A DNA stretch of 64,000 nucleotides from contig NC_087251.1 in the NCBI RefSeq assembly GCF_037042905.1, positions 41,976,001 through 42,040,000 on the forward strand. The letters run 5' to 3'. Both the position numbers and the translations under genes were made by a program. Origin of the DNA: Lytechinus pictus. Lineage: Eukaryota. Every line of letters starts with the position of its first letter. The stretch's first letter is position 1. Below, one piece after another: positions 26,541-40,443 of this stretch. The notes under the pieces are model-generated. The model saw only the letters and a list, made by a program, of their open reading frames with translations. It ran no database searches and was not told the DNA's origin.

Positions 26541-29500
26541 AAATTGCTTCTTCTTGTCAGCATCTAGTAATATATTTGAACACTATCAGAATATTTTTAA
26601 TGATATTGCTCTCATCTTGTGCCTTGTGGATCAAATGAATATATTTGTTATTTCTTTGACTGGATCAATTGATAAGGTATGTATCTCAATGTATTTTTTC
26701 CTACATTCAAATACGAGGCCAAATAATTTAACGTTATAACAGGAAAGTTTCATTTTGTAATCAAAATACATTAAGATATGATAAATAAAATTTGTATTTC
26801 TAGAGAAATTAAGCAGCTCCCTCACAAATGATAATTAAATTGGAAAAGAAACGTCATGCTTTGATGTTGATATGGAAACAGATTATTAATTATTAACCAT
26901 AGCATTAATGAATAAGTTTTTTTTTTCTTAACTTTAAAATGCATATACAAAATATCTAGCTTTTCAGTTTGTAGTACTTCTTAATAAAATCTAGGCCTAC
27001 TGAAAAGAAGTACTCAGTAAACTAAAATCATTGCTGGCTAAACCTTGACTTCCTACCAGTATTTAAATTCAAAGTAATATACTGACCAATAAATCAACAA
27101 TATTATTGATGTCATATGACTACTAGCAGACAAGTAGCTTAATCTGATTCCGTCTGCTTTTTATAAGGAGGTGTGTGCTTTCCTTTCTTTCTTGAGAAAG
27201 AGAACACCCATTGATGATTATGCTGGTCATTTTACCATGTAATGAAAGAATACAAGTGGTAGTTTCTTTTAAGATAATGATTTATGGATGACAGTCTTTT
27301 ATCTCAGATACAGCCTTGTGTAGGGTTTGTATTGATACAGTTCTGTTTGTGTATATTTCCTGTAAAAGGGGTAAAAGATACCGTATACTTCCTTGAAATG
27401 TACATCCGCACCATGCAGGCGGTGATAAAACTATAGCTACCAGAACTTCTAAGTGGATTATCCATTGTTTCATAGGATGAGAAGGAAAAGAACTGAACAG
27501 AAATCTTCCGAGAGAGATCAATTCTACCAGTAACAAAAGCTTGATTTCAATTTCCATTGCTCTTCAACTAGAATATGGGTAATAAAGTTGAATTTGTTTC
27601 TGCTTATTATCTGCATGGAGTGATTAGATACAAAACTTTTCCAGACATCTCTGTGATTGTTAATGCAATTAATGTAGCAATCATTAAAAAAATCACAAAT
27701 TTTATAGGGGAAAAACACCCTCATAAGTGCTTCGGTTAATTGTTTTCGTAAAAATTGATTTGCAACCAAACTAGTTTACCGAGTATGCATGTATTTCCTT
27801 CTCCTTTTCTCAGAAACCAAACATAGAAATTTTTATTGAATTTCAGTTTCTTCAAGATGTAAATTGATAATACTTGTAGAAATTGACTCATGATGATTGT
27901 GAACACCTTAAGATTTTGAATTTATTAAATGAACTTGAGCTATAATTGATTGAAATCCATTATCCTTTGATTGAAGCTGAAATGTAGTTTATGATTGTTT
28001 CATAACATTCAATTGATCCTTTTTTGTCTTAACTTATTTAACTCAAAATATTGGATTATAGGATTGACAAAAATCAAAAAGTCATGCTAATACCTATATT
28101 TATAATTTCTTTATTAATCAAGGGTTCATCATATTCATATTCATTTACGTTTTGCAGGTGATTTAAGTTATGTATACCAATTTTTCCAGAAAAATGTCCA
28201 TCTGAAATCAATCATCACTCTTACAAATCATTGCTATCACATTCCCACCCTCTATATCCATAAAAAAAAGTGGGCGATGATGTAAAGATCTCATTTATAC
28301 CATTTTATGTAGATGAATGATGGATATTAAATGCAGACTTTACCTCAAAAAGGTCAACACAAAGGTCTGGGTGCGTTCATATTGTATACCCATTATTACT
28401 TCTCAACAACTTGGGGGATATCTTGAGATCAGTTTAAGGAACATGTGTTTGAGCTTCTTAGCTTCAACCTTTAGTATTTGTTCAAACTCCCCTTTGTGGA
28501 CCAAAGATTGATAAAAGTATGTTTGCCAGGAGAATTTATATATGGATTGTTGACAGAGTCATACTGCCATCTTAGAAGGTTTTAGCTCTTCAAGCTCAGT
28601 CAATAAAAGTTAGTTTACATGAGGGTGACTTCTTGGTTGGGGTGGAGTTTATTGAAAGGAGTCATGCTGCTACCATGGAGCTATTGCTGCTACATCAATC
28701 TTCAGCAATGGCTGTTTCATTTCCTTTCTTTCTTTCCTTATGGCACATCCATTATGTAACTCGGCACATCTTATGTCACGTGATCAGATGGTTTTATTCC
28801 TTATAAGTCCTTCTTCCGGCAACAGTAGTCGCAGCCTTGGTAGTTCCTTCTTTGAAAAATCCTCTTGAGTTTTTTTTAAAGCATAATCTCCTTCCTTGTT
28901 GGAGTCTGGGTCAGGAACTGGTGACAGGAGATAAGATAAGAGAAATTGCAAGATGTGCGTTTCAAGATCCAGCTTTTTCATTTCCTCTTCTTTCTCTTAT
29001 TTTTTGTCAAATTACCTGAAGATTTCTGTTTAAATCTTTGGACTATCGCCTCTCCCAGCCCCCAAAGTCTTGTTGGATAAGATAAGCCATCCCTCCCAGT
29101 GTGGATATTTTCCTGATATCTCAAGGCGAGGGATGTGTCTTTGTTCTGTCTAAAGACGAATCCAGTCAAGGTCTGGTGTGGCATATGAAACAATGTCCAG
29201 TTAACTAACCACTTGACAACTCTTAAGATGTTTAAGCTTGCCCCCTTCAAGACCCTCCCAGTAGCTGGAAGGATCTGATCTATATTAGGAATGAAGACGC
29301 TCAGGTGACATCATATAGATCATCAAATATGTGTGTGTGTCCCTCTTTCTCTCTTCCTTGCCATATCCTTCTAAGACAATTCCACGGCATATCATTAAAA
29401 AAGATGTTTTGAAATTAGAATGTGATTAATAGTATCTTTTTCTTTCTTTTTTTCTTTTTGCTTCATTCGTTTATTTCACTTTTCTACTTACTTGACTGAA

Positions 29501-32500
29501 GAAATGTTAGTATAAAAAAATTAACAATAAAAATTGAGCCAGGATATTAATTTGGTGCCTAAATACTTTTCAAAGTGAAATCAGAATTGACTAAACATAT
29601 TATGTAAAACATTATCTAAGATAGTGTATTAAATAATGTTATCTGACAATGTTTGCTGTCTGGTTAGAAAAAATAGAAGAAAAATATTTGACAATCTTTA
29701 TTTAAAAAGAAGAAAATCAAAAATCAACTCTAAGTAAAAAGTTTGAACTTCTGTTGAAACGAAAACACAAGATGCTTCAGTTCTGTTTTTGCATGTTTTA
29801 AGTATGAAGATTGGAAGAATTAAGGAGATTTAAGTTTTTAAGGACTTAGATTTTAACTCCCAGCCCAGATTGAATATTCAATTATAACCAATATATTCTT
29901 ATCATTAAGAACTTGCATCTTATTTTGTAACTTTATAATTAATTTTGATATAGCAGAGATATAGTTCATGAAAATGATTCTTGGAAAACCTTTGCTGTTT
30001 GTAACAGTGTACATTTAATATAAAATGTGTTGATTACTTACTAAAAACCCCTTACAATGTACATTATCTTGAAAAGTTGTGACTACTTTGATTGAGACAT
30101 CATGTATGAAATCTCTTGCTCGCTTTCACAAAATCCCTTTCAGCTTTTAACATTCAATACCATGTAATACTATCAGTGTTACACAAAAGTTTTTTTAATA
30201 CACTTCATAAACCCCGAGAATAAGTTCACTGCCATTCTAAACATTCTATTTTCACAGCATGAGTATAGGTCATATCTATGTCAAATTCCATTTTTGGCAC
30301 ACTATGTCCAAATGATATTTCAAGGTAAGGCTTTCTGTAACTGAAAAAAAATGATTGTATTCATTCATAATTTTGGCAAAGGCAATGGATGTTTGTGATT
30401 ATCAATTTTGTCAACTAGTTCTGGGAAACAAATATTTAGGTGGAAATAAAGAGAACCCCTTCAGAAAGTCTTGTTTATTTATTTATATTTATTTTTTGTG
30501 AAAAAGGGTGACTAATCCACATTTACATACAAAGTAAAACTAGGGGCAGAAATCAAATACAAAAATTAGTTTTGTCGCATTTTAAACAAAAATTAGCCTT
30601 TTTTTAATTAGAGCAGTATCAAACATTTAAACAGTATCAATTTTGTATGAAATCATAAGGGTGTTGACAATAGAGGAATGAGTTTTCTTTCTTTTTTCAT
30701 TCGCATTTGAATTATATAAGACTAAGAGGCTATAGATGTTAAACTTGTATGGTATTCCATATTTACCTTTTTATTATCTTTGATGATTTGACATGAATGT
30801 GAAATGAAAACATTGAAAGTATGAAAAAAATAATTGAATACAGAAAAAAGAATCATAAAGGATGATTGTATTATATCACGTAGTAAGATCTGAGTACCAT
30901 TTGTGTAATGGTTTTTTTGCCCCAAAGCAGACCTACGATTCTTATATTTTCAATGTAGATTTTTGAACAGTAATTTCATGAATTAAATTCATTGTAAAGA
31001 ATATTTTTTTTAAAGAAGAATTAGGGAGAAATATGTTGTTGAAAACTTGTTTTGAATGAAGAAGCTGGAAAAAGTGAATATTAATTTGGTAGAAATTGCT
31101 CGTCACACTTGTGTTTTTTATATTGTAAGGGTTTAATCACCCTACGGTCTTTGGTCATCTCAGGCCAGGGCTACTGGTCAATGGTCAAGCTTTGATATCA
31201 TCGGTCTTGGTCTATTGTTTGACGAGGGCATAAGAATTAGAGTGCAAAGAAGTAACCCCTTCTTCTAGACATACTGTATATAGCATTATTATATTTGGCC
31301 TCTACCTTTATCTATGCCCTTGAATAACAATTTTCTTATAGAATAGATAATTGTTGATAAATCTCTCCTTCTTCTGGCAAATATTAATAGGTGCAGTGTA
31401 CATGCCTGTAAAAAGTAATTGCAGTTAATAGTTTTTATATCATCCATTCTTTAATAGTAGTTGATTTTTTTTTCCCTAGAAGTAGTTTAGAAAGCCTCCT
31501 GATAACTTTTCAACAAAGATACAAATGTTTTAATAGTTTGTATGCACATGGGAGCTGAGCAGCTAAAATAAGTGTTTTGAAATTAACTTGATATTTTCCA
31601 AAGCAAGATAATATTTAAAAAACAAATACAGCAAAAAACATTAGCATGCAATGCAAGTGATGCTAGATGTACATTTGGAGAGTCTAGATTATTTCTTGCA
31701 CTGATAAAACTGTAGTCAGGTTCATTTATTGACACCTTTATTTCTTTGAAATTGCTAATGTTCATTATTCTAATTTACTTATTAATTTACCCATTCAAGT
31801 GCACAGTCTATGCTATGCACTTCTGAAATTTTGAATTACAGAATCATTTTGAATAAAATGCATTTTGTGTTTTGAAACCTATCATTGGTATGAGAGAAAG
31901 AAAGAAGGAAAGACAGAAATGATATGCAGAAACGTAACCCGTGATCCTTTGCCAGAGTGATAAATGCTAAACAATTGAGATAAGGATACAGCCCTTTTCC
32001 TTCACTTGTACTTTTACTCTATCTACAAACAGCAATAGGTTGTTTTTGGAAGAAAAAAAAAACCCAGACACAAAGGCGCCTATCTAAACCATCTTTGTTT
32101 CTCTAGCAAAGAAGTGATCCTGTGAAAAAAATAAGAATGAAATAATATAAGGTAGAATATCAACTAGTGACATCATGCCAAAGAGGAAACCTAATCTGCA
32201 ATTGTATTTAGGAAGTAGCAACTCTGTAGCAAAATTTGTACTTAGCATGATCTTAGTGCGTCCTTGCTGCATTGATCGAAAGTACTTTAACCCCCAATGA
32301 GTTATGCAGAGAAAATCTGAAATAGTTCATTTAGGAGGGTTAAACGAGTATTATGCTAGATATCTTTTTTTGGTTTTGGTTGCCAGTAGTGGATGGTTAG
32401 CGAAGTCGGATATAGTAAAGTAGGCGTTATCTTGGTCTTCAGCGGCTCATTTCCCACAAACCAATCTTCTGGGTTGTGTACGGGATACCGGGGAAAGAGG

Positions 32501-32917
32501 AAGTTAAGTATCAGGGTTATGTTGAAAACAATTGGCTGAAGAGCCAACAATCTTTCTGCGAGACCTACTGGTGACAAGCAGAAAGGAGTAAGAAGCCATC
32601 TGGGTAAGACGTGTGTTACAGGGCTCTCGCTTCCTCCGTGCCCCTGAAAAAAAGTGCATCTGGTACTTAAATTTGCTCGTTGATTATGAATGCGTACTTG
32701 CCCATCAGGTAGAATGTGGTATTGTTAGCCTATTTATAACTGGTGTTTTCTCTCTCTCTCTCCTCACACAGTGAGTGATTTGCGGCCGAGTGAAGTACTA
32801 GCTGTCAGCTGACGGAATTTACTCACACCTCTCGTTCCAACTGTAGAGACATTGGACCGGTGAAGTGCTTCGGTGTAGAGGACAGTCAAGGAGACAGCAA
32901 CGTTGTTTGGCAAGCCA

Positions 32918-34365
32918 ATGTATAAGGTCGAGGATGCATCCAGTCGCCAAGTAAAGCGACACAGAGCTGATCACGGTCTACCTACAGGCAGTCTTCATAC
33001 AAAAGTCAACGGTTTTGCCAGCATCAACGGTGTGTTCCAGGAAAATGTCGAACACAACTCTGAAGTTTTGAGGAACTTGCTAAATTTGAATCGTGGCAGT
33101 CCTGCCAAGTCCTTCAGTTTGTGCAGTGATACAGAATCACAAGATTCTTTGACGCAGGACAGATTGACTGAGAATCGTCGCGGATTACTTGATTTAGAAG
33201 AGCAAATTGTGAAGAGCGCAGATACTGAACTTGGTGGGAATTGGCAAGCTAGAAAGTTGGAGTGCGCAAAGGTACCCAGTGAGAGTGGAGATTCCACAGC
33301 CATGCCCACTGCAGAAACCGCAATGTGGGAAGAGTGTAACGGATCAACTAGTCCAATGCAAGAAACAGATAGTCTCAAAGCCAAACGCGCCCGAGTCGAA
33401 AACATTATCACAAGTATGAGGCACTCACCACCAGCAGTAGGGGGCCAAGAACCTTTGGGTTTAGAGGACAGTCTTCGCAAGCCAAAGCGAAAGCAATACC
33501 AACCGCAACCCCAGCGATGGGACTCTGAAGACGAAGACTCTCCAGGAAAACCATCCCGCAAACAAGAGAAAACTAAGCTCAAAGGGATCCTATCCCACCT
33601 TCAAACGCAGCTTGATACACTTCAGGAGAAATACCTCAACATGTTTGATACGGAAGACGATGGTAATCTATCAGACAACTCAGACGACATGGACGATTTA
33701 AATGAACCAGTTGACACAGGTAGTGCAATCCCCAAATACGAGGTCAATGGTGTCAGTGGAAACAGCTCCCCTGTTCGTCATGGAAACGATAGAAAACGAA
33801 GAGCCGATGGAAGTTGTGTTCTTGATCGCACGACAAGTTATATCGTAAGACAAACGTTGAAGGAAGAGTTGCCCCCTCTCCTCCTCAATGCTGTAGACTC
33901 TGTTATGAATAAACTCGCGAAAAGCACCAGCAGCAAAAATACCAGCCACAACAACTCAACCCACACCAAGACTGAAATCGGTAGTAACCAGGGCCGAAAT
34001 CCAGTACTAGCCCGGAATGCTGCGAGCCCCCCTGCCCCAGCCCAGGAGTGCAAGCCGACACCTCCCCCGCCAACCCTCCTTCACCCGAGCTTCTTTATGA
34101 GGCCATTCCCTACACCATTGGAGCAGACAGAAGCCATGTCATTGGTGGTACCGAGTCGGAAGAGGGTGAGGAGCAATGACCGACCCCTTCACGCCAGCAG
34201 CGGGTTCCATCCTGGAGATCTACCAATGAAACCTGAGCCTCTCCTACCGGTCAGCTTACCCACCTCCGTGGCCATACCCAACCCCAGCCTTCACCCTACC
34301 CTAGCTGCCAGCTTCATGGCACCAACCATGGCCACGGATCCAAGGGAGCACTTTGAGAGCCTCAG
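32918..34365 (+). CDS. Prox1: Prox1/prospero homeobox protein, coding exon 1 (N-terminal region)
   Basis: 490-aa ORF. The first ATG is at 32918, after an in-frame TAG at 32876. Prox-family motifs: SSRQVKRHRAD (like the vertebrate SRQTKRRRVD NLS), VLRNLL (LxxLL), AKRARVENIITSMRHSP, RKPKRKQYQPQ, a coiled-coil LQTQLDTLQEKY, EQTEAMSLVV and LPTSVAIPNPSL. Acceptor: pyrimidine tract plus CAG at 32769-32771. Donor: CAG|GTACAT at 34366 (phase 2), or CAT|GTAAGA at 34372. Confidence 0.93.
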
Positions 34366-36283
34366 GTACATGTAAGAATCTTCTTCTTTCTATCATCCAA
34401 TTCTCATTTATTATCTAAACAGATATTGCATGATTACTATGTGACAGAAATTGAGGCAAAAAATTGCTAAGCAGGGGAAGTTCCAGACTGAACATTAAAA
34501 TGGGGGAAAGGAAGTGATATTAACTGCAAAAATGTTACATGCTTGTACCACAGATGTTATAATATGATTTTAACGTTTGAAACTCAAGCTGCAAGGATTT
34601 CCAAAGTTGAACATACACATTTTCACGTGATTGAATTTCCCGACGCATGTCTACATGATATTTATACTTTTCTTAGTTTTCTATATATTGCGAAAAGAAA
34701 TTTAACGAGGAAAAAAATGCTCCGTATTGTATGTGAGTACTAAACAAATATTTGAGTGTAAAAAAATAATGGTTGTGTATTCTCTTCTCTTATCTGTTAT
34801 TCAAAATCCCAGTATTACATCATCTCAAAGTGCACGTACTGTCTCACATGAAGGTTTTCATTAATGTTAAATCATGGTTAATCCATGCTAGTCTGTGATG
34901 TGTGTATTAATTGTCTTTTTTCTCATTTCACTTTCAACTCATTGATTACTAAAAAATTTTAATTCTCATAAGGTTTATACAGAGACCACATATATACCAG
35001 TAGTCAGTAGATTAAATGCTTAAGAAATTATAATTAATTCTAAATGAAGTATTAAGTTCTGCTATTTTTTTTTTTAAGTATGATGAATATCATTTTTCTT
35101 CTCCATCTGTTCAATTGCAATGGTTTCAAATGAAATAAAGCAATCCGATCGACCGGAGAAAGAGAATTATTTTATTCTACCCCCTTACATCACCTTATAT
35201 TCACACTTAATACAATGATGATTTATGTGCCTGTCCCCTCCATATACTATACTAATTAATAAGAAATTGCTGAAAAGATCATGTTAACTCTAGGATTTTT
35301 AAGACTATGTGTTTCCAAAGTATTACTTTCCTTCAAAAGCTAATTTAATGCAATAGTTTTAACCCTAGATTATGATTTTTTCTGCTTGTGCTGGGTAAAT
35401 GTAACCAAACCTGATGTGTTCTTAGTAATGTTCTTCGATAATTAATTATTATGCACCTTGAACATTTACAGTACTTTCAATAGAACTTAACATTATCTGG
35501 GAAGGGGGGGGGTGAAGAAAATTTATTTTGTAAAAAGTCTGTATGTATGCATCCGTCATTGTATCCTAATTTTGTAACATTTATGTTTCACAAGCAATTT
35601 CGCATAAAATCCTCATCAAAATTTTAAGAGCCATATTCAAGAAATATATCATGTACATATAGTATTTGGTGATTATGGTCGCATTTCCTTTTTAAACTTT
35701 AATACTTTTGTAGTACTTATTTTCAAGAGTGTAAGGGCATTTAAAAAAGGGGGATTTATTAAAAGCACAATTTTTGTCAGAAAATACATTGCTGTGCCTG
35801 TAGGTGCAAAATGGTATCTTAAAATTTATCAGTTGTAAAAAAAAAGCGCACTATTCCTTTAATCCACGATGCTGCCAGCTGTTAACCACAAAAATGAAAA
35901 TAAAAGAAGAATAAAATATTGCTTTCTGGTTGAATTGAAATGGGATATCACTTCCAATTACAATCCCTCTTATAAGTCTTTTTCTCCTCATCAACCAGCA
36001 TATTAAATGATGCATCCTAGTTCATATTAATCCCTTTTTTTTTTGCCCTTATGGGGTTAATTGTATTTGTATGCTTGACGCCCTTTTCCAGCATTCCAAG
36101 GCCTCAGTCCTAAAGTGAAAGATTTTTTAAAATGAATTATTCTCAAGTGTGCAATTAAATAGGAAACAGTACTTAACAGCTTAGGAATTATTTAGGTAGT
36201 AGTAAAACCTTCATTCTATAAATATTATGTTAATTTAGTCTAATGGTCTCACTTCATGTATTCTAGTCACATCACCACACTAA

Positions 36284-36672
36284 AGGGCCGTCTGCACTAG
36301 CTTTAGTTTTCAAATTAGCGCTTTATTTCTGATCTGCCAAATTATCCCGATCTGAACAATCTCAAGATTATTCGTAATGGAGACGCAATTATCGCGCTAG
36401 TTCGCAGGGTTAATCTCGAGATTGCAATCCCAAGTCAACTTGGGATTATTTGCAAAATAGCGCGCTATTTTACGAATTATCCCGCTAATTCGCAGGTGCA
36501 GACGCATTCGGGATTATTTATTCACGGCGTCAGACCATAATGCATCGATGCCTTGCTCGAGCAGGAATTGCTCTTCTTGCGATGGTGGAGACGGGGTTTC
36601 TTGAATCTCGAAGAGGGCCAATCGGGCTAAAATCTCGAAATTGAGCAAACTTGGGCTGGTGTAGCTCCGCCT
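36284..36672. mobile_element. Degenerate PIF/Harbinger-like MITE in Prox1 intron
   Basis: CpG-rich island in an AT-rich intron. Imperfect TIRs (AGGGCCGTCTGCACTAGC / GCTGGTGTAGCTCCGCCT) with TAA on both sides. Internal palindrome AATCCCAAG-TCAA-CTTGGGATT and repeated AATTATCCCG. Confidence 0.5.
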
Positions 36673-39600
36673 TAAGTGCGGTCTATAACTAATCATTTAG
36701 CTACCCAGAATACATGCCAATAACTCCTTTAAAAAAAACAAGCCAGATGCTTGAAGTTGATTGGATATATGATGATTCATTGATTTACATTCTTGCGATT
36801 CTGTTTATTTGGATGTGCAATATCTGTGACCTATCTCCTATTTGGACAAGAATTCGAAACCATCAAAATATGTGGTGAGAGCTCTCTTTGCCTTTTCATT
36901 TGCCTTAATGTTCCAGTAGATTTATCATTGTGGAACAAATAAAAAGAGATATTTGGCAAATTCTTCTCCTTTATTGACTGAAGTGGACAAATATTTATTA
37001 TCCCCATTAGAAGGAAACTAGAATCAATCATTCATGCATTCAATTTGCAGAAGATTATTTTAATAATTTCCTTATAGTGCTGGTAGCCAACAATTCCACG
37101 TAGATTGTTCCAATTTGAGGTTAATTCGTATTATGTCATTAACGGGCCTTAGAAAAAAAACAGCTTTTGGTGTTGAAACATCAAAATAAGAAGAATGGAT
37201 GAATTGTACCTCAGTTGAAGTACTATAAATCTTATTTCACCGACAGTAATCCTTTAATAGACCATTTCCACTTCTTTTTGTTAAATCCATTTTTTTTTTC
37301 AATTGAAATTTTAGTCTGCGTTGGCTCCTAGAAATGATCAGAAAAGAATTTATCAAAAAATCACCACATCCTGCGTATAGAAGGCCAACAGAAAAAGTGA
37401 AAAAAAACACATATTTTGAGGTTCTACAAGACGCATTCATTTCATAATTGTCACGATGCCTCCTAATCCGAGAATCTTGCCAAGACTTTTCCGCGGATCA
37501 GCCAATCTTAGTTCAGACAGCTCAACTTTCATCAGAGCTCCTCTTTTTTTTTTCAAACAACTCTATTTTCAGCTCGCCTCGCAAGCAGCGTCAATCAATA
37601 TACAGTTGAATCACCGACTTACGATGGATTTGTCTCGGTCTCTCGATACACAAAAGGAATTCCCATTGCAGTATATCATTAGTATAGGAAGTACTTCATT
37701 GTATTTGTCAGTAAAAGTTGACTTGTTGAGCTACTTGCCCCTTCAAAAATAAAGAAAAAAGATCAAATGTTGGCGAGGAGAGTGACATAAATTATTCCTA
37801 TCCTCCAAAACAAAATCTCTACACGTGGCTGTGACCCTAAAAAGTGCATTCTTGTAAATCAATCCCAAGTCCCAAAGCTTTTCATTTTCATTTTTTGTGT
37901 GTGTGACTTGCCTGAAAATGAGTGAGCAATTAAGTCATCAGAAACTCAGGAGTACCCCCATCAGGCTCTGATTTAGTCATGATTGCTTGCATTATCAAGT
38001 AAGCATGCACATGCAATCTTGTGGGATAAAACAATACTTAGAGTCTCTCCTTAAACAATTTCCATAACGTCTCAAATTATCCATATTACTGTGCATGTTA
38101 AGATCTTGAAACGCCTAAACCTGCCTAACTCCAGATCGTGTAGAAATCTTAGTAATTCCAATGAAGATGACAGAGAATTAATTATTGCATCTCTAATCCC
38201 AAGTATTGGCTGTAATCACTGCCTGCCAATCTCCAGTAATTCCGATATCATTAAGGTTGTAGGATATCCCCAAGCCAGCCAATGGAAAAAATAAAAAGGA
38301 ATTTGCCGTGACTTGGCTACTCTTGAACATGATTAAAAGAAAATGACTTCTAAAACACAAAATTTCATCAAGGGTATTAGGAGAATGTATTACTAGACTC
38401 GGCTGTGAGCGTGTATACTGGTGTTTCATATTATCTCATGTTCCCACGCACTTTAAGATTACTTCGGATTAGGTCAAAATCTTACTGCTTAGATCTGTAC
38501 TTCATACCCTGTCATATCTTGTGTCGTATCTTTCATCCGAATGCTTACCTAGATAGGAGATATAAACTTGTATTGATTCATGGTTTTAACCTGGTGATTC
38601 ATATGTCATATTTACAGGTTTTAACATTCATATGGCTTTGCAAATACACTGCTAGATGAGAGAATAGATACTTTTGCTGTAATGAAGTAAAAGGACCTGT
38701 GTGCTACCGGTATTAATTGCCATTGTTTAAAAAAATACATGTATATATTTACATAATCAATTAAGAGAATGTGACATGAAGTTGCACGACTTCTTGTTGT
38801 CGCCTCAGGGATTCAAACCTACGCTTTTGATACAGATTCAATGTTTGTCTATTAGGGAATAGAAAGTTCAAAGAATCACACAATACGAATAGAAATAGGA
38901 TGGAATGAATGGCTTTCAAAACAAGATTTATTAACACATCTCAATGAATAGCATAATCACACCCGTCTTTGCTTATTCTCCGAATGCTCTTTCTCTCCCC
39001 TCTTTCGCATTTCAACTCCTGCCCCATTTCTCACTGTGTACCAGTGTGTAGGTTGTATCCTTCCTGGTCGTTATAGATGATTAAGACATGATATCCCCTT
39101 GTCATTCTCTTTCACCTGGTCTGCAAGCAAAGCAAACCTATCTCTGAGGGTTCTCATACAGGATATAACAAGTTGGCGTGCAAAGAGCAGGCCGTCGGGG
39201 CTTTTGGCTCTCACGTTGCAAAAACATCTTCGCAGGAAATCTGTACAGAGTCTGCTTTTTCTTTCACTTTCCTTTCTTCCGTTTAGAGTTCTTTTTGATG
39301 GATTTGATGTGTTAGGAAGAGAAGGGATCTATTATTGTTGTGTATGATGATCCCATCTGCAGCCGGCATTGTTTGAAAGATCATTCATTGGCTGTTACTC
39401 TCTTTTATGCCGTGACATGTTTATAACCCATCTTCAGGAATATGGCTCACCTGGGCGAGTAGTTTATGAGTGATGTTCCTTACTTCCTTTAGAGTTTATC
39501 TGCAAGTATATAGTTCAATGAATATTTCATATCATCCATCCGTAATATCATTTCATGAGATTAAAAACAAACACTTGGCAGCAGTATTTATCTTTTCCTT

Positions 39601-40229
39601 TCATCCTGCAATAAATCATAGAAAACCTGAAGTCAAGTACCATGTTAAAGAGTTCAAGGTGATGCAAGTATCTCCATTCAACAAAGTCCTTTTTTTGAGG
39701 CGACACTTTATAGCATTATAATTGATCATCATTTCCTTCTTCTTTTGAAGGGAGAATAGTCTTTGGGTTTCCCCCTCTGTTTTTGTTATCCTTTTCCAAG
39801 ACTTAAGACAGGTCATAATCATAATTATGTTGTACTTTTTTGATATTATATTATATATAATTAAGTATATATAGTCTCATTTTTCATTCAGCATTCCCTT
39901 TCTCTTGTGTTTCTTCCCTCTGTTCTCTTGTTGTCATTGTATATTTGAATTATTCCAATTGTCTATATTGTGTTACATAACATTTTTGCGATGTCTTGCC
40001 CCCCCCCCTCTTTTTATCTATCTATCTATCTGTCTGTCTGTCTGCCTATCTATCTATCTCCTGTTGTCTATTTTGAAAATCTATTGTCTCTTCATTGATA
40101 TTGAGTTCCTCCTCTCTCTTCCCCTCTCTCTCACTCTCTGTCTCTCTCTCATACTATCATTCAACTTGTAGATTTCCAAATGTATTGATCATTACCATCA
40201 TTTCATTTATTTTTCCCTCTTGACTCCAG

Positions 40230-40443
40230 GTACGCCGGAAGTCCTCTGATCCCCAACTCTCATCTATCTCCCCTCAACTACCTGAGTGACCACCGGTCAT
40301 CTCCTGGTGACCTCTCCCATCTTTCTGGGGAGAGCCCGGGCTACCCGATGATAAAGCCAGAGGGAAGGGATACTTCACCACTTCACATGCACGACAGACC
40401 CAGCTCGGCTGATCTCTCAGACTACTCGCCAGTCAATGGAACA
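40230..40443 (+). CDS. Prox1: Prox1/prospero coding exon 2 (Ser/Pro-rich linker)
   Basis: Pyrimidine tract plus CCAG acceptor ending at 40229; phase 2 matches exon 1. Open frame YAGSPLIPNSHLSPLNYLSDHRSSPGDLSHLSGESPGYPMIKPEGRDTSPLHMHDRPSSADLSDYSPVNGT; IKPE and SP resemble vertebrate LIKSE...ISPYSG. It ends directly at the U12 donor ATATCCTTT. Confidence 0.85.

Noticed and set aside
32995..34053. Antisense ORFs (195, 83 and 71 aa)
   Set aside because: These are shadows of the Prox coding strand with no recognisable domains.
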